Of a DNA stretch of 64,000 nt, positions 1 through 10,148 are shown one piece after another (the stretch's first letter is position 1; every line of letters begins with the position of its first letter). The DNA lies in IMG/VR virus record IMGVR_UViG_3300028591_000076, positions 96,001 to 160,000 of that record; one strand, written 5' to 3'. The position numbers and the translations under genes were made by a program. The notes under the pieces were generated by a model. It did not search any database and was not told the origin of the DNA. It worked only from the letters and a program-made list of their open reading frames with translations. The DNA is from a virus. Lineage: Duplodnaviria > Caudoviricetes.

Positions 1-8
1 GCGATGTA

Positions 9-668
9 ATGGGTGCAGCTGATGCTACAATGGCAGCAGGCGCAGCAGTTACAGGTGCAGAAGGCGATGCTAATGCTTTAGCAACTCCAACAGCTCCAGT
101 TCCACAGGAAGTAGTTGACCAGATTTCTCAGGTAAAATCAGCAGTAGATGCTCTTGCAGCTTCTGCAGGTATTGCTTCACCAGTAGATATGGGTGCAGAC
201 CCTAATGCAGGCGTTCCAGCAGTTACAGGTGCTCCAGCTGAAGGCGAAGCTGCTCCAGTAGCAGATCCAAATGCAGCTATGGCTCCAGTAGTTGAATCTT
301 CTTCAGAAAGATTAGATGCTTCAGCTCAGAGAATTGAAGAGTCTAAAATTGAAGAAGCTAAGACTGACGAATCTAAGCCTGGTATCGTAGTTCCTCCAGT
401 AGAAACTATTCTTAAGGGTACAGTTTCTGGTGCTTCTAAAGAAGCAGCTCCAGCTGATACATGGCCTACAAAACCAATTAATGATGTTCCAGTAGGAAAG
501 AAACTTGGCAATGTAAAAGAATCTGAAGAATTCTCTCCTGATACAGAAGAGAATAAAGAAACTTTAGAGGAATCTAAAGGTCTTGCAGAACAGAGACTTG
601 AAGCTGAGCTTGCTAAGAGAAACTTCAAATGGAGTGACTTCTTAAAGTCAGGCTTTAATAAGAGATAA
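9..668 (+). CDS. Acidic Ala/Pro-rich probable prohead scaffold/internal head protein (likely 5'-partial)
   Basis: Frame is open back to the window edge; low-complexity repeats (AVTGA x2, ADPNA x2); several hydrophobic-X-ES sites (VVES, IEES, VKES, LEES). Confidence 0.4.
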   Translation: MGAADATMAAGAAVTGAEGDANALATPTAPVPQEVVDQISQVKSAVDALAASAGIASPVDMGADPNAGVPAVTGAPAEGEAAPVADPNAAMAPVVESSSERLDASAQRIEESKIEEAKTDESKPGIVVPPVETILKGTVSGASKEAAPADTWPTKPINDVPVGKKLGNVKESEEFSPDTEENKETLEESKGLAEQRLEAELAKRNFKWSDFLKSGFNKR

Positions 669-684
669 TTAAAACACTAATCTC

Positions 685-723
685 TTAAGGGGATAGGGAG
701 TTATCCCTATCCCTTAATTTTTT
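685..723 (+). terminator. Intrinsic terminator
   Basis: TTAAGGG(G)ATAGGGA-GTTA-TCCCTATCCCTTAA followed by T6. Confidence 0.75.
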
Positions 724-740
724 AAGGAGCACATTAAAAT

Positions 741-2504
741 ATGGAAACAGGTACATTAGCAGATCAAATAGAATTATCAGAAGTGCCAGACTTCATGAAA
801 ATAGATGATATTGAAGGTATGGCTTTAGACTTCTGGGAAGCTTATGATAATTCTACTAGATTAAATGGTCGTTTAACAGAATCTCTAAGAGGAACAGTAT
901 ATAAATATTTCTTAGATACATTTGATGACCAAGCTAGAAGAAGCTATGATGACTTCTGTAGTTCTGGCGCAAATACTGGTAATATTAGTAAAAAAGCATT
1001 TACTGACGCTTCTTGGGCAGCTAAGCAGTGTACAAAAGATAAGCTTGAAGCATTAGTATCAAAAGAAGGCACTAGCTCATTAGCAAGTCCTGTAACAAAC
1101 GGATTTGGTGAAGTAATTGACCCTAATAATGATACTAGAGCAGAATTAGATGATACAGATAATGAGTCGGATACAAAAGATGTAGCATTCTTAAAACAAA
1201 TGCGTAGAGCAGTTGATAATTTTGACTCAAAAGAATTAACTATAGAAGAAAGGGTTAGAGAATACTTTCAGAAGTTATATGACACAGTTGAGCGTGTTGC
1301 TTCTGGTAGAGCTCTTAAAAGACATGCATTTATTTATGGTGATGCTGGTATTGGTAAAACACATACTGTTGGTAAAGCTGCAAAGGCTGGTCTTGAAAAA
1401 TGGGCTGGTCAGGGTAAAAAGCCTAGCTTAGTAACTTATTATGGTTCTATTGGTAAATCACTTACTCCATTACTTATATTCTTCTTCCAGAATAGTAAAA
1501 ATAGAGTAATTATTCTTGATGATGCTGATGGATTCGTAAAAAATGATGATGATGACGTTCAGAACTTCTTAAAAGCAATGCTCGATCCAGAAAATCATAA
1601 AGTTACAACTCCTCCAACAGTTCGTAAATCTGCAAATAAGCTTTATAAAGATGAAATTGCTGAGTCAAAGAAGCTTATGTCAGTTGATACGTCTAAACTC
1701 GATGAAAATACTGTAGTTGTTACAGTTGGTAATAAAATATTTGAGTATACCGTATCTGATGAGCAAGATAAAGCACAACTTAGAGAAAACTTTCCAGCTC
1801 ATAAAGTTACAAAAGAAGAAAAAGATGTTATAACATCTTTAAGAGAGTCAAGAAAAACAAATAATACTATTAAATATAATAAATTCGGAAAATTGGTAAC
1901 AATTAAAGAATCTGATATATTTGATGATATGGATTTATCTTCAATTGAAGATGACCCATACGCAGCAAAATTAGCTGAAGTACCAGCTGATGATGACCTT
2001 GACCCAATTCCAGAAGAAATTCCAACATCATGGTATTTTACTTCTTCTCTTGTTATGGTATCTAACTTAAATTCAAGTGACTTAAATGATGCTATTAAAT
2101 CAAGATGTGACTGTCGTGGTATTTCACTAACGCCAGATGAATTTATGGTACGTGCAGAAATGATTTTACCAGAATTCCAAATTGGTAAAGGCTCTGCTAC
2201 TGACCCACAATTGATAAATTGGGCAAAGTTTGAATCATTTGCTATATTAAAAGCTTGTTTTGAAGACTTAAAGTTTAAGAATTCAAAGATTAAAATGGTT
2301 ATTGGTATTAACCTTGAATTACGTATTATTCCAACTCTTGCCGGCTTACTTTTAGCAAGATATGATAGATGGCATGAAGCAAATAATATGCAGGGTGATA
2401 CACCAGATGTTCTTCAGAAATTCGAAAAAGACCAAGCAGCAGCTTATATTAAGTTTGACTTATTACCTGTAATGGCTGGTGATAAAGCATTAAACAGAAA
2501 ATAA
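741..2504 (+). CDS. Phage AAA+/P-loop ATPase with large internal insertion
   Basis: Walker A GDAGIGKT, Walker B IILDDAD, LKAMLD, sensor/Arg-finger region VSNL...AIKSR; SD AAGGAG. Confidence 0.75.
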   Translation: METGTLADQIELSEVPDFMKIDDIEGMALDFWEAYDNSTRLNGRLTESLRGTVYKYFLDTFDDQARRSYDDFCSSGANTGNISKKAFTDASWAAKQCTKDKLEALVSKEGTSSLASPVTNGFGEVIDPNNDTRAELDDTDNESDTKDVAFLKQMRRAVDNFDSKELTIEERVREYFQKLYDTVERVASGRALKRHAFIYGDAGIGKTHTVGKAAKAGLEKWAGQGKKPSLVTYYGSIGKSLTPLLIFFFQNSKNRVIILDDADGFVKNDDDDVQNFLKAMLDPENHKVTTPPTVRKSANKLYKDEIAESKKLMSVDTSKLDENTVVVTVGNKIFEYTVSDEQDKAQLRENFPAHKVTKEEKDVITSLRESRKTNNTIKYNKFGKLVTIKESDIFDDMDLSSIEDDPYAAKLAEVPADDDLDPIPEEIPTSWYFTSSLVMVSNLNSSDLNDAIKSRCDCRGISLTPDEFMVRAEMILPEFQIGKGSATDPQLINWAKFESFAILKACFEDLKFKNSKIKMVIGINLELRIIPTLAGLLLARYDRWHEANNMQGDTPDVLQKFEKDQAAAYIKFDLLPVMAGDKALNRK

Positions 2505-2520
2505 TTTGAAGCTTAAAAAT

Positions 2521-2549
2521 AAAAAAGGCTCTTTAATAGAGCCTTTTTT
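2521..2549. terminator. Bidirectional intrinsic terminator
   Basis: A6-GGCTCT-TTAAT-AGAGCC-T6 between convergent genes. Confidence 0.85.
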
Positions 2550-2572
2550 ATTTTTAAATAAATTTTTAATTA

Positions 2573-2902
2573 CTAGCCACGACCTTTTATTAATTCCGTA
2601 ACAGCATCCGATAAGTAATGCCAACATCTAGGGTCTGCAAAATAATCTTTACCCAATATATCTTTTAATATTGCAATTTTATTGGATACGCCATAAAAAT
2701 TTTCGAAGTCACTAGAAACTGTATTCTCTAAAGCTTCAAATGACTCAGTGTCATCATAATTGCCAGTATCATAATCGTCAGGCATTTCTTCATTTAAGAA
2801 CTTAGTTCTTTTACCTTCTGCTTTAACTAAATTCTTAAAAGCATCACTGAAAATTGAAGTTTTATATATTTCTTCAAAGTCAGATTCATTAAGTATTACC
2901 AT
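2573..2902 (-). CDS. Hypothetical protein (possible internal head protein)
   Basis: SD GGAG, upstream ACTAATT motif, N-terminal ILNES. Confidence 0.6.
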   Translation of the reverse strand: MVILNESDFEEIYKTSIFSDAFKNLVKAEGKRTKFLNEEMPDDYDTGNYDDTESFEALENTVSSDFENFYGVSNKIAILKDILGKDYFADPRCWHYLSDAVTELIKGRG

Positions 2903-2928
2903 AGTTATTTCTCCAATTTTAAATTAGT

Positions 2929-2957
2929 AAAAAAAAAGGTCCCAAAATTATGGGACC
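2929..2957 (-). terminator. Intrinsic terminator of the groEL operon
   Basis: GGTCCCA/TGGGACC stem followed on the minus strand by a long U tract. Confidence 0.75.
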
Positions 2958-2981
2958 AAAATTATACTATTTTAGGGACAA

Positions 2982-3458
2982 TTATTCTTTGTTGCCTTCA
3001 ACAAAGCCTTCAGGATTTTTATATTCAATATCTACTGATACAGTTCCCAAATTTAATTCAGGTATTGGATTACCTTCTTTATCTAATATAAGGTCTCCCT
3101 TATTATCTCTTACATAAACAATTTTCTTTGTTTCTATTCTAATTGGGTCACCATTTTCATCTAGAACTAGCTTTCCATTTTCATCTTTTTTATATGAAAT
3201 ATCTACAATTGTTCTTGGCTCTTTTTGAGCTTGCATATAATAGTCATTAAGACAGCTCATACAAATAAGATTATTATTATTTACAACAGTTTTTCTATTA
3301 TTTTCAAGAATTGTTGCATAATTTAAGTAAATACTTCCTTCAGAAATATCACCATGTTTAGAGCACATGATACGGATATTTTTTACTTCTTTTCCATTAA
3401 TCATCATTGGCTCTTCTTTCTTTGGTTGTGTAATTTCCTTATTTTCGTTATTTTCCAT
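2982..3458 (-). CDS. Hypothetical protein with possible Zn site (CxxH...CxxC) and short DxxG beta repeats
   Basis: CSKH and CMSC motifs; KDENGKLVLDENG / RDNKGDLILDKEG repeats; overlaps the upstream gene. Confidence 0.6.
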   Translation of the reverse strand: MENNENKEITQPKKEEPMMINGKEVKNIRIMCSKHGDISEGSIYLNYATILENNRKTVVNNNNLICMSCLNDYYMQAQKEPRTIVDISYKKDENGKLVLDENGDPIRIETKKIVYVRDNKGDLILDKEGNPIPELNLGTVSVDIEYKNPEGFVEGNKE

Positions 3459-3849
3459 CTTTATCCTTCTTATTAAATAAATCTTCCAAAATTATATTTG
3501 GCATACTATCGCCCATATCTAAAGCACCTTGCTCAAATAATAGCCTCATTTGATCGCCAGTAAGATATATTTCATCTTTGTTATCATCATTTTTATGCTT
3601 CTGAAATTCCTGTTCAGCTTTATTATAAAATGAGTTCATATACCACTTAGGTAAATTATTAATAACAAAAATTGCTGCGCTAGCTATAAATAGGCTTATG
3701 ATACCAGCGATAATTTGCTTAAAACATAAGCCTACTATACCTAATACTATAAATAATCCAATAATGGAATAAACACTTAATCTAAATCTTTTCTGAGTTT
3801 TATTAAGATTTCTCCATCTTGCTGTAATACGGCGTCTATCACTACTCAT
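3448..3849 (-). CDS. Small membrane protein (2 TM)
   Basis: Basic N-terminus followed by two hydrophobic segments. Confidence 0.6.
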   Translation of the reverse strand: MSSDRRRITARWRNLNKTQKRFRLSVYSIIGLFIVLGIVGLCFKQIIAGIISLFIASAAIFVINNLPKWYMNSFYNKAEQEFQKHKNDDNKDEIYLTGDQMRLLFEQGALDMGDSMPNIILEDLFNKKDKDGK

Positions 3850-4141
3850 TATCTATTTCCATTTCGGTAACAATAAGCGGTACAATAGCAGTTTTAATTT
3901 TTTTATCATCCAAATTACCATCTTCTGTTATCGCATCACTTGGTATATCACCGTTTTTAATAAGGTCTCTTACAAAAACTCTAAGAAACTCAACAGCATC
4001 TTTTTCAGAAAGAAATACATTTTGAGCATAAAATGGATATGTTATTCTTTCAGAATGAAATCCAACTCTAATAGGCTGATTGTAAAAGACCACAGGCTGG
4101 AAATAATCTGGGTCATTAACTGATTTTTTTCCTGTAACCAT
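3842..4141 (-). CDS. Hypothetical protein
   Basis: ORF directly downstream of groEL in the same operon; no GroES motifs. Confidence 0.55.
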   Translation of the reverse strand: MVTGKKSVNDPDYFQPVVFYNQPIRVGFHSERITYPFYAQNVFLSEKDAVEFLRVFVRDLIKNGDIPSDAITEDGNLDDKKIKTAIVPLIVTEMEIDNE

Positions 4142-4150
4142 TCTTATACC

Positions 4151-5833
4151 TTATTTAATTATATTCGACCTGTCCTCATCTAAGAGTGGGTCAATTGCTT
4201 GAACGCCAACGTTCATAGCCTCATCAAAAATAACACAATTTGTAGAAATAAATGTACCCGCAATAGATGTTGCATAAGAAAGAGCCGTTTTTGTAACAAG
4301 TATTGGATCAATTACACCGTCTTCATACATTGTTTCTGATAACTCTTCTTTCTTTGCGTTATAGCCGAAATTTATATTATTTGTTTCTTTAATCTTTTCA
4401 ATTATATAGTCTGCTTTTTTACCGGTAGAGTCGATAATTCTTTTGGCTGGCATCTCACAAATTGAAAGGAATGTTTGATATCCTTTTTCTTGAATTGCAT
4501 CTTCAAGAGGCTTATGCATTGCAGATACTTCTTTTACTGCATGTAAAAGTCCAGTACCACCACCAGAAATAACACCTTCAGAAATTGCAGCATTTACAGC
4601 ATTTATAGCGTCTTCATATCTATCTTTCTTTTCTTTCAATTCAACAGCAGATAAAGCGCCAATATGAATTGTTGCAATACCACCAGAAAGGTTAGCTATT
4701 CTTTCTTTAATTAAGTCAATATCAATAAGAGACTTAACCTCATCATCTACGTCAGAACTGCCCTTTTTAATTTCAGCTTGTAATTCATTTACTCTCGCTT
4801 CAATTTCTTCGTCAGTTCCACCACCACCAGTAATTACCGTCTTTTTCTTAGTAACCGTAATAAGCTCAGCAGTACCAAGCATAGTATTTGGGTCAAAATT
4901 ATCAATAGTAAGTTTTGATTTACCCTCTAATACTTTAGCACCAACTTGAATAGCTAAATCTTCAATAAACTGGTCAATAGAAACTCTATCCTGTCCACGT
5001 GGGTAAATTAAAGCGCCAGAAATTTGCTTTTTATCAACTGCTTCGATAAAGTCAGACCTAAACTTATCTTCATATACTGGAGCACAAATAACAATACTCT
5101 TATTCTGGCGTTTTACAATTTGTATAATTGCCTGAATTTCCTCTATTTGCTTAAGAGGCTTACCATAAACGAGAATAAGTGGATTATGTAGCTCACATGT
5201 ACTATTATTTGTATTTACAAATGAGCCAGAAATAAGGCCCTTATCTATTTCCATACCAGTAGTAAATGTAATAGAAGTCTTACCAGAACGGTTATTTGCG
5301 CCAATTGCATTTACGATACCACCATCGCCAATTGATGTAAAAGCTTCTGCAATTATTTTACCAATTTCACTATCATTATTTGCAGAAATTGTAGCTACGT
5401 GTTCAATATCCTTTTCGCCGGAAATAACTCTCTTTTGCTTATCAAGCGCGTTTAATATGTCACCGCAAGCCTTTTCAAAGCCCCTTTTTACTTCAATTGC
5501 GTCAAGGTTCATATCTACAAGCTTTGTGCCAGCTTTACAAAGTTCGGATGTAAGTAAAGTAGATGTCGTTGTACCATCACCTGCTACAGCATTTGTTTTA
5601 GTAGCGCCTTCTTTAACAATAGAAGCACCAATATCCTTATATTTATCTGAAAAATAAATAAAACGAGCAACAGAAACACCATCTTTCGTGACTATTGGAT
5701 GGCCATTACCTGTAGATAGTATTACTGTATGACCTTTAGGTCCTAATGTTGAAATTACCGCTTCTTCTAACTCAGAAATACCTTCAAGCATTTTATTTCT
5801 TGCTTCCGAGCCAAATGTAATTATTCTTCCCAT
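4151..5833 (-). CDS. groEL: Group I chaperonin GroEL (phage-encoded)
   Basis: TLGPKG, VTKDGVSVA, AGDGTTT, ERIANLSGGIA, GGGTG, GVIDP motifs; no C-terminal GGM tail. Confidence 0.96.
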   Translation of the reverse strand: MGRIITFGSEARNKMLEGISELEEAVISTLGPKGHTVILSTGNGHPIVTKDGVSVARFIYFSDKYKDIGASIVKEGATKTNAVAGDGTTTSTLLTSELCKAGTKLVDMNLDAIEVKRGFEKACGDILNALDKQKRVISGEKDIEHVATISANNDSEIGKIIAEAFTSIGDGGIVNAIGANNRSGKTSITFTTGMEIDKGLISGSFVNTNNSTCELHNPLILVYGKPLKQIEEIQAIIQIVKRQNKSIVICAPVYEDKFRSDFIEAVDKKQISGALIYPRGQDRVSIDQFIEDLAIQVGAKVLEGKSKLTIDNFDPNTMLGTAELITVTKKKTVITGGGGTDEEIEARVNELQAEIKKGSSDVDDEVKSLIDIDLIKERIANLSGGIATIHIGALSAVELKEKKDRYEDAINAVNAAISEGVISGGGTGLLHAVKEVSAMHKPLEDAIQEKGYQTFLSICEMPAKRIIDSTGKKADYIIEKIKETNNINFGYNAKKEELSETMYEDGVIDPILVTKTALSYATSIAGTFISTNCVIFDEAMNVGVQAIDPLLDEDRSNIIK

Positions 5834-5867
5834 TTAAATAAAAATCCTCTAAAAATAGTTATATAGA

Positions 5868-5878
5868 ATTATATTAGC
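5868..5878 (-). promoter_or_regulatory. Putative promoter GCTAATATAAT (class shared with 11344, 50355, 59846)
   Basis: Same or near-identical 11-mer upstream of several gene starts. Confidence 0.5.
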
Positions 5879-5909
5879 AGAATAATTTTTTACATATTAC
5901 TAAATATAT

Positions 5910-8177
5910 ATGAGTAGAATAATTATAACTGATAATGAAGAAGCCAAACAAATTGAGCCTAAAGTTTTGGCATGTTTATATGTATTACAAGTTCCTCTTA
6001 ATAAGGTTCCAGACTATAACGAAGCTAATCAATATGTTAAAAGTCATACTTTTGTAGGTCATGATACTCTTGTTAAATTACTTAATAGTGAAGAGTCAAC
6101 TATAGAACATAGTAATATAGAGTTAGATAAAGATGACTTCAGATATGCATTAAAATATTATACTAAAAACGATAGAATAAGACAAGTAGCCGTTAATAAA
6201 TTCGTAAATATTCAACCTGATATTTGGGTAAATAATTTAGTTAGCGAACACTTAGACACATTTAAGGTTATTGATAGAACTATAGAAGACCTAAAATCTC
6301 GTGTAGTTACTCATGAATTCTTAAAAGATGACTTATATGCAGAAATAAAATCTAAAGAAGCTCTAGAAGCTTTCTGTAATCTAGACTTTGAAAAAGTAGA
6401 AAAATGTATTAGTGAAAGAAATGCGGTAGATAAGGATGAAGTAGAAAAAACAACTGAAGCAGAGTCAAACTCTAAATCGCACGGTATTTATAAAATTGCA
6501 AAAGATAAATGGGGCGCAATTTCTAAGGGTCTTGAAAGATGTAAAGAGCTATTAGGTGAAGAGTTCTCTTACGAAATAACCGGTGAAGATGTTGTAGAAC
6601 AAAACAATAATAGACAATATTATGATGGCGGTGGACAAGACGGTTGGTCAAGTGAGTTTATTAAGTCTAAAATACCAGTTTATATTGTAGAAATAAATTG
6701 TAAAGTTAGAGAACAAGAATGGGAAGTAGCCGCAATTGTAAAGCATACTGAAGGACAAGAGGGCGTAATAGTTACGCCTATTAATAAAGACTTAGAAGTT
6801 CCAGAAAAATATAATTATATTACTAAGATTGACTGTGACCACTGTCATGCGCCAAGAAAAAGAAACTTAGGATTTATAGTTTATAATCATAATACTAATG
6901 AATATAGAATTGTTGGTAGCGACTGCTTAAATGTATATACTAAAATAAATCCTTCTGGATTATTAGCTCTTAATAATGTATTCAATGAAATTGAAAGTAC
7001 TGTAATCGATGTAAGACGTGGAAAAACTATATATGATGTAAATGAAACACTTATTACAGCACAAGCTGCTATTGCATTATATGGCTATAAAAAAGCAGAG
7101 GTAAATCAATGGGGCGGAACAGAAGATCCAAATGTAGAGTCTACAAAAGAAAGAGTTAGATATGTTATAGATGATAAGCTTTTTAGCTCAGTAGTAGAAG
7201 ATACTCATTCTTCTATGTGGGGTGTTAAACAAGCTGCTAAAGCATTATTAGCTGTTCTTTCATCTATTGTTGAATATATCGAAAATAATAGAGATGAGCT
7301 TACTAAAAAAGCTCTTGAAATTAGAGAGTTCTATAAAAACCTTGATACTTCAAATGACCCATTCCAGCAAAAATTAAAAGTTGCACTTAGCGGATGGACT
7401 ATACCAAAAGAACAAGTTGGTTTAGTAGCATGTATTCCTCACTTATATGCTAAGTCTAAACAAAAAGAAGCTGAAATGGCTGCTAAAAAGGCATCTTTAG
7501 AAAAAGATAATATTGAACTTACTAATAGCCAGCCTGTAGGTAATAATAACCTTGGAGGTAATGTTACTGACTGGGATGAAAGTACTCGCTGTGAAATCAA
7601 AATTACTAAAGATGCAATTTATAAAATAATTGTTAGCGAAAATCAAACAACTTATGGCTCATATCCAGTAACTATTTATGTTCGTGGTAATGATGGTGAT
7701 AATAACAAATGCGGAAGAATTCAAACATTTGTTAATGAGCGTTTTGATCCAGAAACAATAGAAATGATAACAGGTAAAGCTAATGGTATAAATTACTTTA
7801 GAGATACTTACTCTGGTAAATTAAATTATGCTAAATTCTGGACAAAAGAAATGGTAGAAAAAGCTAATTCTTCTGATGACTCAGATAAAGTAGAAAAATA
7901 TAAAGAAAAAGAACGTATAGTAATTGAAGTAAAAGAAGTTAGCAGAGGACAAATTTATGCTTCTGGTTATGGTTATAATGGCGAAGGCGAATATGCTGTT
8001 TTAACTATTAAAGATAAAAATGACGATACATTCAAATGGTCTTGTTCAACAAGCCTAATTTATAATCCAGACTATTTAGTAGGTAAAAAATTAAAAGCTA
8101 CTGTTAAACAAGTTAAAAAAGACGCATTTGATAGAGTTCTTATGTATATAATTACTAGAGGTACCGTTTTAGATTAA
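5910..8177 (+). CDS. Conserved-type phage protein with CDHC...VGxxC Zn motif and probable C-terminal OB-like fold
   Basis: CDHCHAPRKRN...IVGSDCL; 755-aa ORF; ACTAAAT 4 nt before ATG. Confidence 0.55.
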   Translation: MSRIIITDNEEAKQIEPKVLACLYVLQVPLNKVPDYNEANQYVKSHTFVGHDTLVKLLNSEESTIEHSNIELDKDDFRYALKYYTKNDRIRQVAVNKFVNIQPDIWVNNLVSEHLDTFKVIDRTIEDLKSRVVTHEFLKDDLYAEIKSKEALEAFCNLDFEKVEKCISERNAVDKDEVEKTTEAESNSKSHGIYKIAKDKWGAISKGLERCKELLGEEFSYEITGEDVVEQNNNRQYYDGGGQDGWSSEFIKSKIPVYIVEINCKVREQEWEVAAIVKHTEGQEGVIVTPINKDLEVPEKYNYITKIDCDHCHAPRKRNLGFIVYNHNTNEYRIVGSDCLNVYTKINPSGLLALNNVFNEIESTVIDVRRGKTIYDVNETLITAQAAIALYGYKKAEVNQWGGTEDPNVESTKERVRYVIDDKLFSSVVEDTHSSMWGVKQAAKALLAVLSSIVEYIENNRDELTKKALEIREFYKNLDTSNDPFQQKLKVALSGWTIPKEQVGLVACIPHLYAKSKQKEAEMAAKKASLEKDNIELTNSQPVGNNNLGGNVTDWDESTRCEIKITKDAIYKIIVSENQTTYGSYPVTIYVRGNDGDNNKCGRIQTFVNERFDPETIEMITGKANGINYFRDTYSGKLNYAKFWTKEMVEKANSSDDSDKVEKYKEKERIVIEVKEVSRGQIYASGYGYNGEGEYAVLTIKDKNDDTFKWSCSTSLIYNPDYLVGKKLKATVKQVKKDAFDRVLMYIITRGTVLD

Positions 8178-8194
8178 ATCTTAATTAGGTCCAT

Positions 8195-8222
8195 AAAAAG
8201 GCTCATATTTGGGCCTTTTTTT
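8195..8222 (+). terminator. Intrinsic terminator
   Basis: AAAAAGGCTCA-TATT-TGGGCCTTTTTTT. Confidence 0.8.
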
Positions 8223-8372
8223 ATTTTAAATGTGAATTTTTTTAAAATGAAGTTATATTAATTAATGTATAGTAAGAAGGAGTATAGCTCAGGCTTGCGT
8301 AGCGCCAATTAATATGTGTTTTTAAATTTTTTATTACATATTATAAATAATTAATGTAATAGGAGATTATAA

Positions 8373-8672
8373 ATGGGTTGTTATATTAATAAAGTAAATA
8401 AGGAAAATTTTCTTGAAGCTAATGGTAAATTTCACTTAAATATACCTATGTTTGGTAAAGTTAGTGTTCCTAGTTATTCTGAACTTTCTATAGATAATAA
8501 TTTACCAGTTGTTTTAGTGGATAATGGACCATTTACTGCTGCAGCCGTAGCATTTGATGAAATTGAATATAAAAGATTTACTGGTGAAGATGATGGTAGG
8601 CCTAGACAGCTATGGACTTGTAATAAAGAAAAGTTACGTAAAGTAGTAGATTGTCCAGACTATTTAAGGTAA
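8373..8672 (+). CDS. Hypothetical phage protein
   Basis: SD AGGAG; PVVLVDNGPFTAAAVA motif. Confidence 0.65.
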   Translation: MGCYINKVNKENFLEANGKFHLNIPMFGKVSVPSYSELSIDNNLPVVLVDNGPFTAAAVAFDEIEYKRFTGEDDGRPRQLWTCNKEKLRKVVDCPDYLR

Positions 8673-8680
8673 AAATTTTT

Positions 8681-8965
8681 ATGACAGTTTTATGTGCTGA
8701 ATGTCCTAAATGCCGAGCTATTATTTATAGTAGGTCTTATCATGATATGAAATATTGTCCTTGTGGCGCAATTTTTATTGATGGTGGCCCAAATAGCGAT
8801 TATATTAGAGTTGGAACTTCGTTGCCAGAAATTTGTACATCTAATATAAATATATCTAAAAGAGAAATTGATGCAACTGAAGAAGAACTATATAATGATT
8901 GGAATTGCAATATTAATAAATTTGGTATTATAGAAGATTCACACTTAGATAATTATTGGAGTTAA
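8681..8965 (+). CDS. Small Zn-ribbon phage protein
   Basis: CPKC...HD...CPCG...IDGG; ATG at 8681 preferred over the upstream TTG. Confidence 0.65.
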   Translation: MTVLCAECPKCRAIIYSRSYHDMKYCPCGAIFIDGGPNSDYIRVGTSLPEICTSNINISKREIDATEEELYNDWNCNINKFGIIEDSHLDNYWS

Positions 8966-8966
8966 A

Positions 8967-10148
8967 ATGGCTTATACTTATGTTGACTTAGATTGGATTG
9001 ATATAAACTTAAAATGTTGTAAAAAGGACCTAAGATATTTTAAGTATCTCAGAAAAACAGATAATTTTAGAAATCTTATTACTCTTACTATAGGGACATC
9101 ACTTTTTAAGAAAAATAATAAAAAATGGATTAGTATTAAAGCTTTAATATCCGATAAATATTATAATGTTGTAGACGAGCCAATATTTTATATTTGTATT
9201 CCTTACTTAAAAAATGTAAATTATAGTATTCAGTATAAGGATATTAGAAACTTACAGTATATTACCAAAGATTTTAGTAATGATAATAGCTATAGCATAT
9301 CAACTAAAAATAAATTTACTTTTAAATCTGATAATCTAGAAATTACAAAATGGATGGATCCAAAATTTGCTAAAAATAAATTTAAGTATTTACAAAAAAA
9401 TAATTTAATTGGAAAAATCTTTTGGGATAAAATTGATAATGAATATGATATTACCTGTCATACTTGTAAATATCCAACTGATGACTGTTATATGGCGCTT
9501 TCTTGTCCATCTACAGGTTTTGTAGAATTAAAAAAAGAGCATATAACGTATAATATTGAAAATAATCTTCTTAAAGAAGGTTTCACTTATAATAGAAATC
9601 TTTATAAAAAAACACCAAATAAGGAATGGTCTTTTTTAACTTATTGGAATGAAAAAGAATATGAAGATATTAGACATAAATATACTACGCTTGACGAAAG
9701 AGCTTGGGTAGAAGATGGAAAACTAAATAATACTGAATATTCTGAGTCTGTTAAGTCCGCGAATGCTGAATGGCCAGAGTTTAATTCACTTTGGCAGAAT
9801 ACTGACCAGCTTTATCGACCAATAGGTTCAGTTAATCCAAAAGAAATTTATAATTCAAATGATATAAAAAGATTTAAAAATATAAAATTTGAAAAAGTTC
9901 TTACTAAAGGCTGGCATTGTACACAAAATCCTAATCTCGTACCATGTCCTGTTTGTGAAGATTTATATGACATTGCTCGCTCATATAATATATATGGAAA
10001 ATTTAGGTCTTTCTTATTAAGAGTTAAAGATATATTATATATTTTAAGAAATCCATATATTATTAAAAATAAAATATGCAAAAGTCTTTCATTAAAATTT
10101 AAAAATAAAACATTTGACCATTGGAAAAATGGTCAACAAGAAATTTAA
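8967..10148 (+). CDS. Hypothetical protein (Cys clusters)
   Basis: 393-aa ORF; SD GGAG; CHTC and CPVC. Confidence 0.55.
   Translation: MAYTYVDLDWIDINLKCCKKDLRYFKYLRKTDNFRNLITLTIGTSLFKKNNKKWISIKALISDKYYNVVDEPIFYICIPYLKNVNYSIQYKDIRNLQYITKDFSNDNSYSISTKNKFTFKSDNLEITKWMDPKFAKNKFKYLQKNNLIGKIFWDKIDNEYDITCHTCKYPTDDCYMALSCPSTGFVELKKEHITYNIENNLLKEGFTYNRNLYKKTPNKEWSFLTYWNEKEYEDIRHKYTTLDERAWVEDGKLNNTEYSESVKSANAEWPEFNSLWQNTDQLYRPIGSVNPKEIYNSNDIKRFKNIKFEKVLTKGWHCTQNPNLVPCPVCEDLYDIARSYNIYGKFRSFLLRVKDILYILRNPYIIKNKICKSLSLKFKNKTFDHWKNGQQEI

Noticed and set aside
3842-4141. GroES candidate (99 aa next to groEL)
   Set aside because: No PLxDRV, mobile-loop GGI or other GroES motifs
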